DNA of 64,000 nucleotides from Candidatus Eiseniibacteriota bacterium. Lineage in GTDB: Bacteria; Eisenbacteria; RBG-16-71-46; JABDJR01. The notes beneath the pieces were generated by a model. The model was given only the letters and a program-made list of their open reading frames with translations, made no database searches and was not told the origin of the DNA. Shown here piece after piece: positions 1 to 10,362 of this stretch (positions are counted from its first letter, which is position 1; each line of letters begins with the position of its first letter). The DNA is taken from NCBI GenBank assembly GCA_963783375.1, contig CAWANH010000001.1:32001-96000 (forward strand). The letters are read 5' to 3'. Position numbers and translations under genes: made by a program.

Positions 1-17
1 CCACCTAATCCTCCAGG

Positions 18-644
18 TCAGTCCAGGGTCCGGAGCACCGCCCGGACCGGCGAGCTGTCCACCTCGGTCATGCGGAGCGGGAGCGCGATCAGCTCGTAGT
101 CCCCCGCCTCCGCCAGCGACAGATCCAGTCCCTCCAGGTTCCGCATGCCGAGGCTCAAGAGCGCGTTATGGGCCGGAAGCTCCTTGGATTCGAAGGGGTC
201 CACCGAAGGGGTGTCGATCCCCACCAGCACCACCCCCGTCTTTCCCAGCCGCCGGAGAAGGGCCGGATCGAAGTACGCGAAGCCGTCGTTCCAGCTCCGG
301 TAATCCGGGAAGGTCCCGGTCTTGAACAGGAGCCGCTCCCGGCCACCGAGATCCACCCCGAAGAGCGCCTCCTCGTCGATCACCGCCGACCCGGTCACGT
401 CCACCACGCGGCAGATTCCCAGGTAGGGTTCCAGGTCCACCTCCCCGATCCCGTCCCCGTCGTGCAGGAAGTGGAGGGGGCCGTCGGCGTGCGCTCCCAC
501 GTGCGGCGTGGTGGTGATCGAGGCCACGTTGGCGGAGGCGCCCTCCTCCATCCGCGACACCCACTCCACCTGGAAGTCCGTGTCCCCGGGCCAGACCGAG
601 ATCGCGGTCGAGACCGGCGGGCTGATGTCGATGATCCGCCCCAT
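18..644 (-). CDS. kynB: Kynurenine formamidase (cyclase family)
   Basis: IIDISPP, WPGDT, metal motif TPHVGAHADGPLH, GIDTPSVD, LEGL, LPLR..DSSPVRAVL. Directly downstream of kynureninase. Alternative start is GTG at 650. Confidence 0.85.
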   Translation of the reverse strand: MGRIIDISPPVSTAISVWPGDTDFQVEWVSRMEEGASANVASITTTPHVGAHADGPLHFLHDGDGIGEVDLEPYLGICRVVDVTGSAVIDEEALFGVDLGGRERLLFKTGTFPDYRSWNDGFAYFDPALLRRLGKTGVVLVGIDTPSVDPFESKELPAHNALLSLGMRNLEGLDLSLAEAGDYELIALPLRMTEVDSSPVRAVLRTLD

Positions 645-646
645 GG

Positions 647-1840
647 TCACTTTCCCTTCACGATCGCCGCCGCCGCGTCCACGAACCGGCGCACTTCCTC
701 CCGGGTGTTGTAGAAGTGCGGCCCCACCCGGACCCCGGCCCGGGGCCGGGCGTCCACCAGGATCTCGCGCTCAGCCAGGCGACGCACCAGCGAGTCGGCC
801 TCGGGGAGGTCCAGGGTCACCGAACCTCCGCGCCGCTCGGGCTCCGACGGAGTCACCACCCGCCAGCCGAGGCTCCGCGCCGACTCGATCAGGTACCCGG
901 TGAGTTCCAGGGACCGCGCTCGGATGGCGGGAAGGCCCACCTTGGCGATCACGTCGTAGCCGGCCCGGGCGGCGTGGAGGGCGGGAACGTGAGGGGTCCC
1001 GCCCAGGAACCGCCACGATCCTTCTCCCCGGAAGTCCTGGTCGCCGGCCTCGAAGGCGAACGGGCGCCGGTGGGCCATCCAGCCGGTCAGCCGGGGGCGA
1101 AGCTCGGTGGCCAGCCCCGGCCGGACGAAGAGGTAGCCCACCCCGGGGCCGCCGAGGAGGAACTTGACCGAGCCCCCCACCGCGAGGTCCACCCCGGATC
1201 CGACCAGGTTCAACGGCACCGTCCCCCCGGCCTGGTAGGCGTCGACCACCAGGAGCGCGCCCACCTCCCGGCATCGCTCGGCCAGCGGTACCAGGTCCAC
1301 CAGCTCCGCCGAGTGGTAGACCACCGCCGAGACCACCGCAAGCTTCGTACGCTCGTCGATGGCCGCGATCATCGCCTCGTAGGGATACGCGCGATCCGGG
1401 GATTCCACCCGGACCGGCTCCCCCCCGATCCGCGCCAGCTCGCGGAGCTGGTACTGGACGGAGGGGAACTCCACGTCGGCGTAGACCACCTTCCTGCGCT
1501 CGCCCTCGAACTCGAAGCAGGAGAGCGCCACCGCCAGGGCCACGGCCACGTTCTGGTGAAGGCTCACCGTCCCCACCGGAGCGCCGACCAGGGGCGCGAG
1601 TTCGTCCCCCACCTCGGAGGCCAGGTCCCACCAGCCCTCCTCCCACGCCCGCACCCCGCGCGAGGCCCAGGCCTCGGTGTACCGGTTCAAGGCCTCCCGC
1701 GCCCCCCAGGGCATCGCCCCCAGGGAATGGGTCACCAGGTAGGTGGTGGTGGAGAGGATGGGAAACTGCCCGCGCCAGTAGGTGAGGTCCGCGTCGCTCA
1801 GACGGGCGGTCGGGATGGGGTTTGATTTGACCGCTCCCAT
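647..1840 (-). CDS. kynU: Kynureninase (PLP aminotransferase class V)
   Basis: YLVTHSLGAMP, EFPS, DAYQ, PLP-lysine segment GGSVKFLLGGPG, GWMAH, GTP, RGGSV, D.RP. Start taken as ATG 1840; the ORF track extends to 1927. Confidence 0.8.
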   Translation of the reverse strand: MGAVKSNPIPTARLSDADLTYWRGQFPILSTTTYLVTHSLGAMPWGAREALNRYTEAWASRGVRAWEEGWWDLASEVGDELAPLVGAPVGTVSLHQNVAVALAVALSCFEFEGERRKVVYADVEFPSVQYQLRELARIGGEPVRVESPDRAYPYEAMIAAIDERTKLAVVSAVVYHSAELVDLVPLAERCREVGALLVVDAYQAGGTVPLNLVGSGVDLAVGGSVKFLLGGPGVGYLFVRPGLATELRPRLTGWMAHRRPFAFEAGDQDFRGEGSWRFLGGTPHVPALHAARAGYDVIAKVGLPAIRARSLELTGYLIESARSLGWRVVTPSEPERRGGSVTLDLPEADSLVRRLAEREILVDARPRAGVRVGPHFYNTREEVRRFVDAAAAIVKGK

Positions 1841-1939
1841 GACGTCACTCTCGCTTTCCGCGCATCGGTGCGCCGCTTCCGAGGCCGCGACCGACGCGCA
1901 CCGGAGTCCGGCCCGGGCAGGCGGCACGCCGCGCGCCCC

Positions 1940-3964
1940 CTACTCCATCTTCCGCGACTTCTCCAGGGTGTCCTTCAGGGTCTCCACCACCCGGGCCTCC
2001 TCCTGGTCGGAGAGATCCAGGATCTCCTTCAGGGCGATCCCGATGTGGGGGATGTACTTCTCGATGTAGGAGCGCTTCCGCTCCGCCTCCCGCTCCCGCT
2101 GCCCGCGGCGGATGAAGGTGCCCAGCCGCCGCCCGCACTCCTGGATGGCCAGCTTGATCTCCTTCAGGATCTCGGGGTAGTGGGCGATGGCCTCCTTGGA
2201 TTCGCTGGTGAAGGGAACCCACGCCGAGGCGATGTGCACCATGAGCACGATCGGGCCGATGGGGATCGAGCCCTTCGACTGCTGCACCCCGTAGCTCCGC
2301 CACGAGGTGCCGATCACCGCCTTGGTCACCGCGCAGGCTCCCTGCTGGTAGAGGAGCGGCACGCGGTTGGCGTAGCGGTAGAGGGTGATCGGCTCGTCGG
2401 CGGCGAGCTTCCCGCCGTAAGCCAGGGCCACCTCGACCTGGAACGGGTTCCCCCGGTAGACCGCGGGGCTCCGGGTGCTGGCGGTGTAGAAGGCGGCCTG
2501 GACCTCGGTCTTGAGTCCGGCGATCAGGAGATCCTCCCCGATCGGGGAGAGGCAGTTGGTGGGCGGGGCCATGATCCTGGTCTGGTTCACCGCCTTGAAC
2601 AGCGCCTCCACGTCGTTCCGGTGAACCTTCCGGGGCGAGGCGGTCTCGCGGATCTTCGCCTTGGCCAGGATGTCCGACGCCACCCGGGCGCTCACCCGCG
2701 AGAACTCGGAGGTGAGGAAGCCCTTCACGTTCCTGGATTTGGTCTCGGCCAGCATCTTCATGAGCATCCCCAGCTCGATCCCGTGGGGATGGGGCTTGAT
2801 CTCCATCGGCTCCTTGGGGAGCTCTTCGGCGGCGCGCGCGTAGACCACCGGCTCGTCCTTGGGGGGCCGGTACTCCAGGCGCAGGTGCGGGTTGGCCAGG
2901 CCGGTCTGCTGGAGGTAGGCGTCCACCGAGCGGGGCCCCTTCCGGTAGGTGGCCTCGAGCTCGATCTCCACCCGGGTCCCGTGCGGCACGCCGTTCCAGT
3001 CCACTTCCCGGTCCACCGCCACCACCGGCGCGTTCTTCCGGGTGTCGATCTGGATCTCGAAGTGGTGGGCGGGCTTGTTGGCGGCGATCCGGCTGGTGAT
3101 CACGACCGGATGTCCGGTGGTGATCTGACCGTACATCCCCGCGGCGGAGATCCCGATCCCCTGCTGGCCCCGGGACTGGCGAAGCCGGTGGAACTTCGAG
3201 CCGTAGAGGAGCTGGCCGAAGATGCGCGGCACCTGGGCCTTGACGATGCCGGGGCCGTTGTCCTCGATCGCCACCCGGAATCGGTCCTCGGCCAACTGGT
3301 GGATCTCCACCCGGATGTCGGGAAGGATTCCCGCCTCCTCGCAGGCGTCGAGGGAGTTGTCCACCGCCTCCTTTATCGTGGTGAGGAGCGCCTTGGCCGG
3401 ATTGTCGAATCCCAGGAGATGACGGTTCTTGGAGAAGAACTCGCTCACCGAGATCTCGCGCTGCTTCTTGGCCATCGACGCCGCGGTGGCCGGGGCGCTT
3501 CGTCGCGCCCGTCCCCGCCGGGACGGCGCGCCCCCGTTCTCCGGCCCCGCCGGTTCCGGGATCCCGGCCGGACCCTGGTCGATCGAAACCGCGTCCGGCG
3601 TCCCCGTCGCCGCGTCGGCGGCGGCGGGATCGAAGAGAAGCTCTTCCTGATCCGCGGTCTTGCCGCGCTTCCGACGGCGGACGCCCTTCACCTGGGTGTC
3701 GGTGGTGCTCACGCTCTGCCTGCCCTCCTTCGCTGATCCCCGCCCGGCCGCGCGGTTCCCTCCCGCGGCCCGCCTCTTCCCGCCGCCCCCCGTTTTCGCG
3801 GGGCGCGCCCCCCCCGCCTTCTTCTTGGCCGCCTTCGCCGGCTTCGTCGCCTTCCCCCGTTTCGTCGTCTTCGCCCCCGCCCCCGACGCGCGCCGGCCCG
3901 AGTCACGCTGCTTCGGTCCCCGGCCCGAGGCGGGGCTCTTCCGGGTCGTCTTCTTCTTGGCCAT
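1940..3964 (-). CDS. top6B: DNA topoisomerase VI subunit B with long basic N-terminal extension
   Basis: [21 protein letters not shown]; GHKL motifs [35 protein letters not shown]; PHPHG; transducer region [21 protein letters not shown]. Start taken as ATG 3964 (alternatives GTG ~3712, ATG 3475). Confidence 0.93.
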   Translation of the reverse strand: MAKKKTTRKSPASGRGPKQRDSGRRASGAGAKTTKRGKATKPAKAAKKKAGGARPAKTGGGGKRRAAGGNRAAGRGSAKEGRQSVSTTDTQVKGVRRRKRGKTADQEELLFDPAAADAATGTPDAVSIDQGPAGIPEPAGPENGGAPSRRGRARRSAPATAASMAKKQREISVSEFFSKNRHLLGFDNPAKALLTTIKEAVDNSLDACEEAGILPDIRVEIHQLAEDRFRVAIEDNGPGIVKAQVPRIFGQLLYGSKFHRLRQSRGQQGIGISAAGMYGQITTGHPVVITSRIAANKPAHHFEIQIDTRKNAPVVAVDREVDWNGVPHGTRVEIELEATYRKGPRSVDAYLQQTGLANPHLRLEYRPPKDEPVVYARAAEELPKEPMEIKPHPHGIELGMLMKMLAETKSRNVKGFLTSEFSRVSARVASDILAKAKIRETASPRKVHRNDVEALFKAVNQTRIMAPPTNCLSPIGEDLLIAGLKTEVQAAFYTASTRSPAVYRGNPFQVEVALAYGGKLAADEPITLYRYANRVPLLYQQGACAVTKAVIGTSWRSYGVQQSKGSIPIGPIVLMVHIASAWVPFTSESKEAIAHYPEILKEIKLAIQECGRRLGTFIRRGQREREAERKRSYIEKYIPHIGIALKEILDLSDQEEARVVETLKDTLEKSRKME

Positions 3965-4080
3965 GGTCCTGTCGTGGTGAAGGTGAAACCGTGTCGCGGG
4001 ATCGGACGCCGACCGATCCCCTCCGGATCGTCCGGCCTCCGGGGGTCGGGCGGGCTGGCGGCGCCCCCGGCGCCGGCACC

Positions 4081-4110
4081 AATGTATCGACGCGCTCGAA
4101 GCGTTGTCAA
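4081..4110 (-). promoter_or_regulatory. Sigma70-type promoter for top6B
   Basis: Minus strand TTGACA-N18-TACATT in the divergent intergenic region. Confidence 0.55.
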
Positions 4111-4160
4111 CGACGCTCGCCTTCGTTCGACCTTCGCCGGCGGCCCGCGCCCGCGGTTCG

Positions 4161-4189
4161 TTGACGCTCCCCTCCCGATTTGACATAGT
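4161..4189 (+). promoter_or_regulatory. Sigma70-type promoter for M16 peptidase pair
   Basis: TTGACG-N17-CATAGT with TGn extended -10. Confidence 0.45.
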
Positions 4190-4223
4190 CCCCTGACCCC
4201 CGCACGACGAGTTGGAGTCCGAC

Positions 4224-5771
4224 ATGAGACAAATCGCCTTCTCCCGCGCCGTGGCCGCTTCGCTCCTCACCGCGCTTGCCGCGGTCAGTCTCGCGCCGCC
4301 GGTATCCGGGGCCCCGAACCCGGACACTCCGCTCCGGGTCCACGTGGAGCGACACCGGCTGGCCAACGGCATGACCTTCCTCCTGGTGCCCGAGACCGCC
4401 ACCCCCATCGTCTACTCCTTCCTCTACGTGGACGTGGGCTCGGTGGACGAGGAGCCGGGGATCACCGGGACCTCCCACGTGCTCGAGCACATGATGTTCA
4501 AGGGGACGACCGAGATCGGGACCACCGACCTGGCCGCCGAGACCCGCATCATGGCCCGGGTGGACTCGACCATGGCGGACTCCTTCCGGCTCCGCGATCG
4601 CGACCTCCGCGGCCTCGGGGGGGCGGACACCGGGGCGCTGGCGGAGCTCCGCGCCCGGGCCGACTCGCTGGAGCTGGCCGCCCGCGGGGTCACCGTCCAG
4701 AACGACCTGGACGTGGTGACCAGCAAGCTCGGGTTCTCCGGCCTCAACGCCTTCACCTCCGAGGATCAGACCGTCTATTTCGAGAGCTTTCCCCCCAACC
4801 TCTTCGAGGTCTGGGCCTGGTTCGAGTCGGCCCGGATCGCCCATCCGGTGTTCCGCGAGTTCTACTCCGAGCGGGACGTGGTCATGGAGGAGCGGCGGCG
4901 CTCCTACGACACCGACCCCGACGGCGCCCTCTACACCGCGCTCATCGCCACCGCCTACGCCGCCCATCCCTACCGCTGGTCGGCCATCGGCTGGCAGAGC
5001 GATCTGGAGCGTCTGGAGCGCAAGGAGGTCCGGCGCTACTTCGAGGAGCACTACGCGCCCAACCACCTCACCATGGTGGTGGTGGGGAACCTCGACCCGG
5101 CCCGCGTCATGGAGCTGGCCGAACGCTACTTCGGACCGATTCCCCCGTCCGGGCCGGCCCACGTGGTGACCACCGTCGAGCCGCCCCAGACCGGCCCCAA
5201 GCGGGTGGAGGTGGAGTTCGACGCCACCCCGCGACTTTCGATGGGATTCCACACCGGCGCCCTCACCGACTCCGACCGGGTGGTGGTCGAGGTGATCGAC
5301 GGGCTGTTGACCGGAGGCCGCACCTCGCGTCTCTACCGCTCCCTGGTTCTCGATCGGAAGCTCGCCGCCGGCGTGAGCTCCGGGATCCGCGGGGACAAGT
5401 ACCCGGGACTCTTCATGGTGGACACCGCGCCGCTCGAACCGGGAAAGCTCGACAGCCTCCGGACCGCGCTCGAGGCCGAGCTCGCGCGGATGGCCACCGC
5501 CCCCCCCACCGACCGGGAACTCGACAAGGTCAAGATCCAGCTCGAGGCCGATCTCATGCGCTCCCTCCAGAACCCCACCCGCTTGGCCCTGAACCTGGCC
5601 AGCTACGAGGTCCTGACCGGGTCCTGGGAAAACCTGGAGAAGGCCTACCGGGCCCGGATGGCGGTCACCCCGGAGGACGTCCGGCGGGTGGCCCGCGCGC
5701 TCTTCGATCCCCGGAACCGGACCGTCGCCGAGCTCCAGCCCGCCGGCGCTCCCGCGGAGGTGGCCCGATGA
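4224..5771 (+). CDS. M16 family zinc peptidase, catalytic subunit, secreted
   Basis: Signal peptide, LANGMT, GSVDE, inverzincin motif [19 protein letters not shown]. Confidence 0.9.
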   Translation: MRQIAFSRAVAASLLTALAAVSLAPPVSGAPNPDTPLRVHVERHRLANGMTFLLVPETATPIVYSFLYVDVGSVDEEPGITGTSHVLEHMMFKGTTEIGTTDLAAETRIMARVDSTMADSFRLRDRDLRGLGGADTGALAELRARADSLELAARGVTVQNDLDVVTSKLGFSGLNAFTSEDQTVYFESFPPNLFEVWAWFESARIAHPVFREFYSERDVVMEERRRSYDTDPDGALYTALIATAYAAHPYRWSAIGWQSDLERLERKEVRRYFEEHYAPNHLTMVVVGNLDPARVMELAERYFGPIPPSGPAHVVTTVEPPQTGPKRVEVEFDATPRLSMGFHTGALTDSDRVVVEVIDGLLTGGRTSRLYRSLVLDRKLAAGVSSGIRGDKYPGLFMVDTAPLEPGKLDSLRTALEAELARMATAPPTDRELDKVKIQLEADLMRSLQNPTRLALNLASYEVLTGSWENLEKAYRARMAVTPEDVRRVARALFDPRNRTVAELQPAGAPAEVAR

Positions 5772-7255
5772 ATCCGCTCGACCGTCCCCTGATGCTCGCG
5801 GCCGTGGCCGGTCTCCTGGGGGCGTTCGCGACTCCCGGAGCCCTCGCACTCGCCCAGCCCGAGGGCCCCCGGGTCTCGATCGGCGAGAAGGCGCTGGAAG
5901 CTATCCCCGTTCCGCCCTTGACCTGGTCGGTGCCCGAGGTCGGCCGCGAGGTGACCCGGGAGACCCTGTCCGGGGGGAGCATCATCTACGTCTATCCCGA
6001 TCACCGGGTCCCGCTGGTGAACGTGCTCTTCCAGTTCCGGGCGGGCTCTTTCGAGGAGCCGGTGGAGCAGGCGGGCCTGGCCAACATGGTCCTGAACCTG
6101 ATCCGCACCGGGGGTACGGCGAAGCACGGTTACCAGGAGATCGACCAGAGCCTCGATGAGCTGGCCGCCCAGGTGGGGGTTTCCCCGGGCGACGAGGCCG
6201 CGGGCATCACCCTGAACGTCCTCCGGAAGAACCTGGCGCCCGGGCTCGCCATGGTGGCGGAGATGATCCGGGAGCCCGCTTTCCCGGAGGACCGGATCGC
6301 CTTCCGGAAGGAGGAAGTGCGGTCCTCGATCCGCCGCCAGAACGACAACCCGCGGGAGGCGGTGGCCCGCGAGTTCGCCCGGGCGGTGTTCGGCGACCAC
6401 CCTTACGGGCGCTCCCCGGAATGGGACCGGGTGCGCGGGATCACCGCCGGGGATCTGCGACGGTTCCACGATCGGTTCTACGTCCCCGGAAACCTGTTCA
6501 TCGCGGTGACCGGGGACATCTCCCCGAGGGAGGCCCGGGACGCCCTGGAGAAGGTGCTCGCCGGCTGGAAGGGCGCCGCCCCGGATCTACCCGCCGCGCC
6601 CCCGGAAGCGGGGCAGGTCACCCCGCCCGCCGTTCTCCTCTACCCGAAGGATCTCTCCCAGACCGCGATTGCCTTCGGCCGCCCCGGACTCGACCGCGCG
6701 AGCCCGGACATCTACACCGGCCAGGTCATGAACTACATCCTGGGCGGGGGGAGCTTCACCAGCCGCCTGGGGCAGGAGGTGCGCGATCGCGCCGGCCTGG
6801 CCTACTCGGTCCGAAGCTCGCTCCCCACCGACCGCTGCGATCCCGGTCCCTTCGTCATCCAATGCCAGACCAAGACCGAAAGCACCCTGGAAGCGCTCCG
6901 CCTCATGCGAAGCATCGTGTCCGGCATGGCCGAGGCCCCGGTCCCCGACGCGGTGTTCCAGGGGGCTCAGGACGCCCTGGTGAACGGGTTCGTGCGGGGG
7001 TTCGCCGACCCGGAGAGCGTGGTGGAGGCGCTCATGAACCTGGAGTTCGACGGACGGCCCCAGGACTTCTACCGCCACTACCTGGACCGTATCCGCGCGG
7101 TGACCCCGGCCCAGGTTCAGGCACTGGCCGGACGTCTCTGCGACCCGGACGGGATGGTGACGGTGATGGTGGGGAACGTGGGGGCGCTCGGGGACTCCTT
7201 GGGCGGCCTGGGTACGGTCGAGGTGCGCGAGCTGGCCGAACCGGATCTGGACTGA
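5768..7255 (+). CDS. M16 family peptidase, non-catalytic partner subunit
   Basis: ATGA overlap with the upstream M16 gene. Lacks HXXEH but has LGGGSFTSRL..EVRDRAGLAYSV. Confidence 0.88.
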   Translation: MNPLDRPLMLAAVAGLLGAFATPGALALAQPEGPRVSIGEKALEAIPVPPLTWSVPEVGREVTRETLSGGSIIYVYPDHRVPLVNVLFQFRAGSFEEPVEQAGLANMVLNLIRTGGTAKHGYQEIDQSLDELAAQVGVSPGDEAAGITLNVLRKNLAPGLAMVAEMIREPAFPEDRIAFRKEEVRSSIRRQNDNPREAVAREFARAVFGDHPYGRSPEWDRVRGITAGDLRRFHDRFYVPGNLFIAVTGDISPREARDALEKVLAGWKGAAPDLPAAPPEAGQVTPPAVLLYPKDLSQTAIAFGRPGLDRASPDIYTGQVMNYILGGGSFTSRLGQEVRDRAGLAYSVRSSLPTDRCDPGPFVIQCQTKTESTLEALRLMRSIVSGMAEAPVPDAVFQGAQDALVNGFVRGFADPESVVEALMNLEFDGRPQDFYRHYLDRIRAVTPAQVQALAGRLCDPDGMVTVMVGNVGALGDSLGGLGTVEVRELAEPDLD

Positions 7256-7282
7256 ACGGCGCGGCCGGCCCGGTGGACCGCG

Positions 7283-8254
7283 CTAGAGCCAGCGCTTGTG
7301 CCGGAAATAGGCCAGCATGCCCAGGGCCAGGAGGAGCATCCCCCCGGTCAGCCAGTACACCGCGTAGCGGTTCCCCAGCCAGGGCATCTGCTGGAAATTC
7401 ATCCCGAAGTACCCGGTGATGAGAGAGAGCGGAAGCATGATGGTGGCGATGATCGAGAGCACCTTCATGATGTCGTTGGCGCGGTTGGAGAGCTGGGTCA
7501 TGTAGGTCTCCATGGCGCTTCCCGCGGTGTCCCGGTAGCTGTCCAGGGCGTCCCCGATCCGGAGCAGGTGGTCGTAGACGTCCCGGAAGTAGTAGCGGGT
7601 GGCTCCCTGGGTGACCGCGAAGTCCCCCCGGGTCAGCTGGTTCATGACCTCCCGCTGGGGCCCGGCCACCCGCCGGAGCGCCATGATCCTCCGCTTGAGG
7701 TTCAGGATCTGCTGGAGAAGGTCCCGGCCGAGCTCGGTGAACAGCCGTTCCTCGAGGGTGTCCAGCTCGTCGTCGATCCGCTCCATCAGCTCGAAGTAGT
7801 AGTCGACCATCCGGTCCACCACCAGGTAGAAGACATAATCCGGCCCCTTCTTCAGGAGATCCGGGTTCTTCTTGACCCGGTCCCACACGTCGCGGATGGA
7901 GAAGAGCCGGCCGTAGCGCACGGTGACCAGGTAGTTGGGTCCCAGGAAGGTGTCCATCTCCAGCATGTCCAGGGGATCCGCCCCCTCGTTCAGGTTCAAC
8001 CCGTGGAAGACGGTGAAGATGTGGGTCCCGTAGTCGTCCACCTTGGGTCGCTGGATGTTGTTGTGGCAGTCCTCGATGGCCAGGGGATGAAAGGTGAACA
8101 CCCCCTGGAGGGCCTCATAATCCGCCATTTCCGGATCGAGAAGGTCCACCCAGATCCGGCTCTCCGCCTGGGCCAGGTGGGGCCCCAGTTCCTCCAGGGG
8201 CGGGTCGACCTCCAGGGAACCGTCGGGTTTCAGAACCAGGATCTGCACCGGCAT
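7283..8254 (-). CDS. corA: Magnesium/cobalt transporter CorA
   Basis: HPLAIED, QRPKVDDY, YFRDVYDHL, YFGMNF signature, two C-terminal TM helices. Confidence 0.95.
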   Translation of the reverse strand: MPVQILVLKPDGSLEVDPPLEELGPHLAQAESRIWVDLLDPEMADYEALQGVFTFHPLAIEDCHNNIQRPKVDDYGTHIFTVFHGLNLNEGADPLDMLEMDTFLGPNYLVTVRYGRLFSIRDVWDRVKKNPDLLKKGPDYVFYLVVDRMVDYYFELMERIDDELDTLEERLFTELGRDLLQQILNLKRRIMALRRVAGPQREVMNQLTRGDFAVTQGATRYYFRDVYDHLLRIGDALDSYRDTAGSAMETYMTQLSNRANDIMKVLSIIATIMLPLSLITGYFGMNFQQMPWLGNRYAVYWLTGGMLLLALGMLAYFRHKRWL

Positions 8255-8402
8255 CGTCGCCCCCCTTCAGAGTCTTCGCCCGTCCGGAGGTCCGCCGCCC
8301 TCCGGGACTCCGGCACACCTTAGGGACGCGAACCCCTCCGGGCAAGGGCGGAAAGCCGCGCCCCCCCCGGGCCCACTTCCCTACCCGGAACTCCGGGTCG
8401 GA

Positions 8403-8432
8403 TTTACGACCGGACCGCCGTCTTGATACACT
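8403..8432 (+). promoter_or_regulatory. Putative promoter of ABC exporter pair
   Basis: TTTACG-N18-TACACT with TGn extension. Confidence 0.4.
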
Positions 8433-8595
8433 GCTCGTTTCCCATGGTGCAACAACCCGTTTCGAGGAGGCTCCGGTCGGACGGGGCCTCCCGTCGCATG
8501 AGGGCCGGCTCGGGACTCCCCTTCGGGGGTGGCGTCACGCCGTGCCCGCCCCCCGGGCTCCCGCATTCCCCCTCCGAGGCCTCGGAGGAGACGCC

Positions 8596-10362
8596 GTGAA
8601 CGCGCTCGCCGCCCTGGGCCCCTACCTCCGCCGGCACAAACGGACCATGTACTGGGGGATGCTGGCCCTGATCCTCTCCGATGCCTTCCAGCTCGCCAGC
8701 CCCTGGGTGTTCAAGTACGCGATCGACGGCCTCACCGCGGAGATCAGCCGGGGAAAGCTCATGGCCTTCGCCGGGGCCCTGGTGGTCATGGCGCTCCTGG
8801 GAGGGCTGGCCCGGTTCTACATGCGCCGGCTCATGATCGGCGTGTCCCGGGAGATCGAGTACGAGCTCCGGAACGATTTCTACCACAAGCTCACCACGCT
8901 CTCCTTTTCCTATTACAACCGGATCCCCACCGGGGACCTCATGGCCCGCGCCACCAACGATCTGAACGCGGTCCGGGGGGTGCTCGGCCCCGGGATCATG
9001 TACTCGATCAACACCGTGGTCACGCTGGCCGCCGCCCTGACCTTCATGATGATCCTGAGCTGGCGGCTCACCCTGGTGTCCCTGATCCCCCTCCCCCTGA
9101 TCTCGCTCTTCATGTACCGCTACGGGAGGATCATCCACAAGCGATTCGAGGAGGTGCAGGCCCAGTTCTCGGCCATCACCGAGCGGGCCCATGAGTACCT
9201 CTCGGGAATCCGGGTGGTGAAGGCCTACGTCCAGGAGGACGCGGCCACCCGGGACTTCCACCGGAAGAACATGGATTACCTGCGGGGCAACATGACCCTG
9301 GTGAAGGTGAACGGGATCTTCTCCCCGGCCATCGGCTTCCTGGCCGGGACCGGCAGCGTCCTGGTCCTGGCGGTCGGGGGCTCCCTGGTCATCGACGGGA
9401 AGATCACCCTGGGCGACTTCGTGGCCTTCAACTCCTACCTGGTCATGCTCATCTGGCCGATGATCGCCCTGGGCTGGGTGGTCTCCATGTTCCAGCGCGG
9501 GGCGGCTTCGATGAAGCGGATGAACCAGGTTCTCGATGCCGAGCCGGATATCGTGAACCCGGTCCCGGACTCGGAGGCCGACGGGAGAGACGGCGTCCCG
9601 CCCCTGGCCGGGGAGATCGAGTTCATGGACGTCCACTTCGCCCACTCCACCCGGCCGGATGCCCAGGTTCTGGCCGGAATCAACCTCAAGATCCGTCCCG
9701 GGGAGACGGTGGCGGTGGTGGGACGGACCGGCTCCGGGAAGACCACGCTGGTGAACCTGATTCCGCGGATCTACGATCCGGTCCGCGGACGGGTCCTGGT
9801 GGACGGGATGGATGTTCGGGAAATGGATCTGAACCGGTTGCGCTCGTCGATAGGGTACGTTCCCCAGGAGACCTTCCTGTTCAGCCGCACCGTGGCCCAG
9901 AACATCTCGCTCGGCACTTCCGAGGCCGGAGAGGACGAGATCCACCGCATGGCCGAGCTGGCCCGGCTGGCCGATGACGTCGAGGACTTTCCCGACCGCT
10001 ACGCCACCATGGTGGGCGAGCGCGGGGTGACCCTGTCCGGGGGGCAGAAACAGCGCACGGCCATCGCCCGGGCGCTTCTGCGCAACCCCCGGATCCTGAT
10101 CCTCGACGACGCCCTGGCCAGCGTGGACACCCGCACCGAGGAAGACATCCTTTCCGGGCTCCGGGTGTTCATGAAGGACCGCACCACCATCCTGGTGGCC
10201 CATCGGGTGAGCACGGTCAAGCTGGCCGACCGGATCGTGGTTCTCGACGAGGGGAGGATCACGGAGGAGGGCACCCACGAGGAGCTTCTCGCCCGGAGCG
10301 GGCAGTACGCGGAGCTGGTCAGCCTCCAGCAGCTCGAGCAGGAGCTGGAGGCGACGCTGTGA
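8596..10362 (+). CDS. ABC exporter TMD-NBD subunit (MdlA/YheI-like)
   Basis: TGDLMARATNDL, Walker A GRTGSGKT, LSGGQKQR, degenerate Walker B ILDD. GTG start after GGAGGAG. Confidence 0.92.
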   Translation: MNALAALGPYLRRHKRTMYWGMLALILSDAFQLASPWVFKYAIDGLTAEISRGKLMAFAGALVVMALLGGLARFYMRRLMIGVSREIEYELRNDFYHKLTTLSFSYYNRIPTGDLMARATNDLNAVRGVLGPGIMYSINTVVTLAAALTFMMILSWRLTLVSLIPLPLISLFMYRYGRIIHKRFEEVQAQFSAITERAHEYLSGIRVVKAYVQEDAATRDFHRKNMDYLRGNMTLVKVNGIFSPAIGFLAGTGSVLVLAVGGSLVIDGKITLGDFVAFNSYLVMLIWPMIALGWVVSMFQRGAASMKRMNQVLDAEPDIVNPVPDSEADGRDGVPPLAGEIEFMDVHFAHSTRPDAQVLAGINLKIRPGETVAVVGRTGSGKTTLVNLIPRIYDPVRGRVLVDGMDVREMDLNRLRSSIGYVPQETFLFSRTVAQNISLGTSEAGEDEIHRMAELARLADDVEDFPDRYATMVGERGVTLSGGQKQRTAIARALLRNPRILILDDALASVDTRTEEDILSGLRVFMKDRTTILVAHRVSTVKLADRIVVLDEGRITEEGTHEELLARSGQYAELVSLQQLEQELEATL

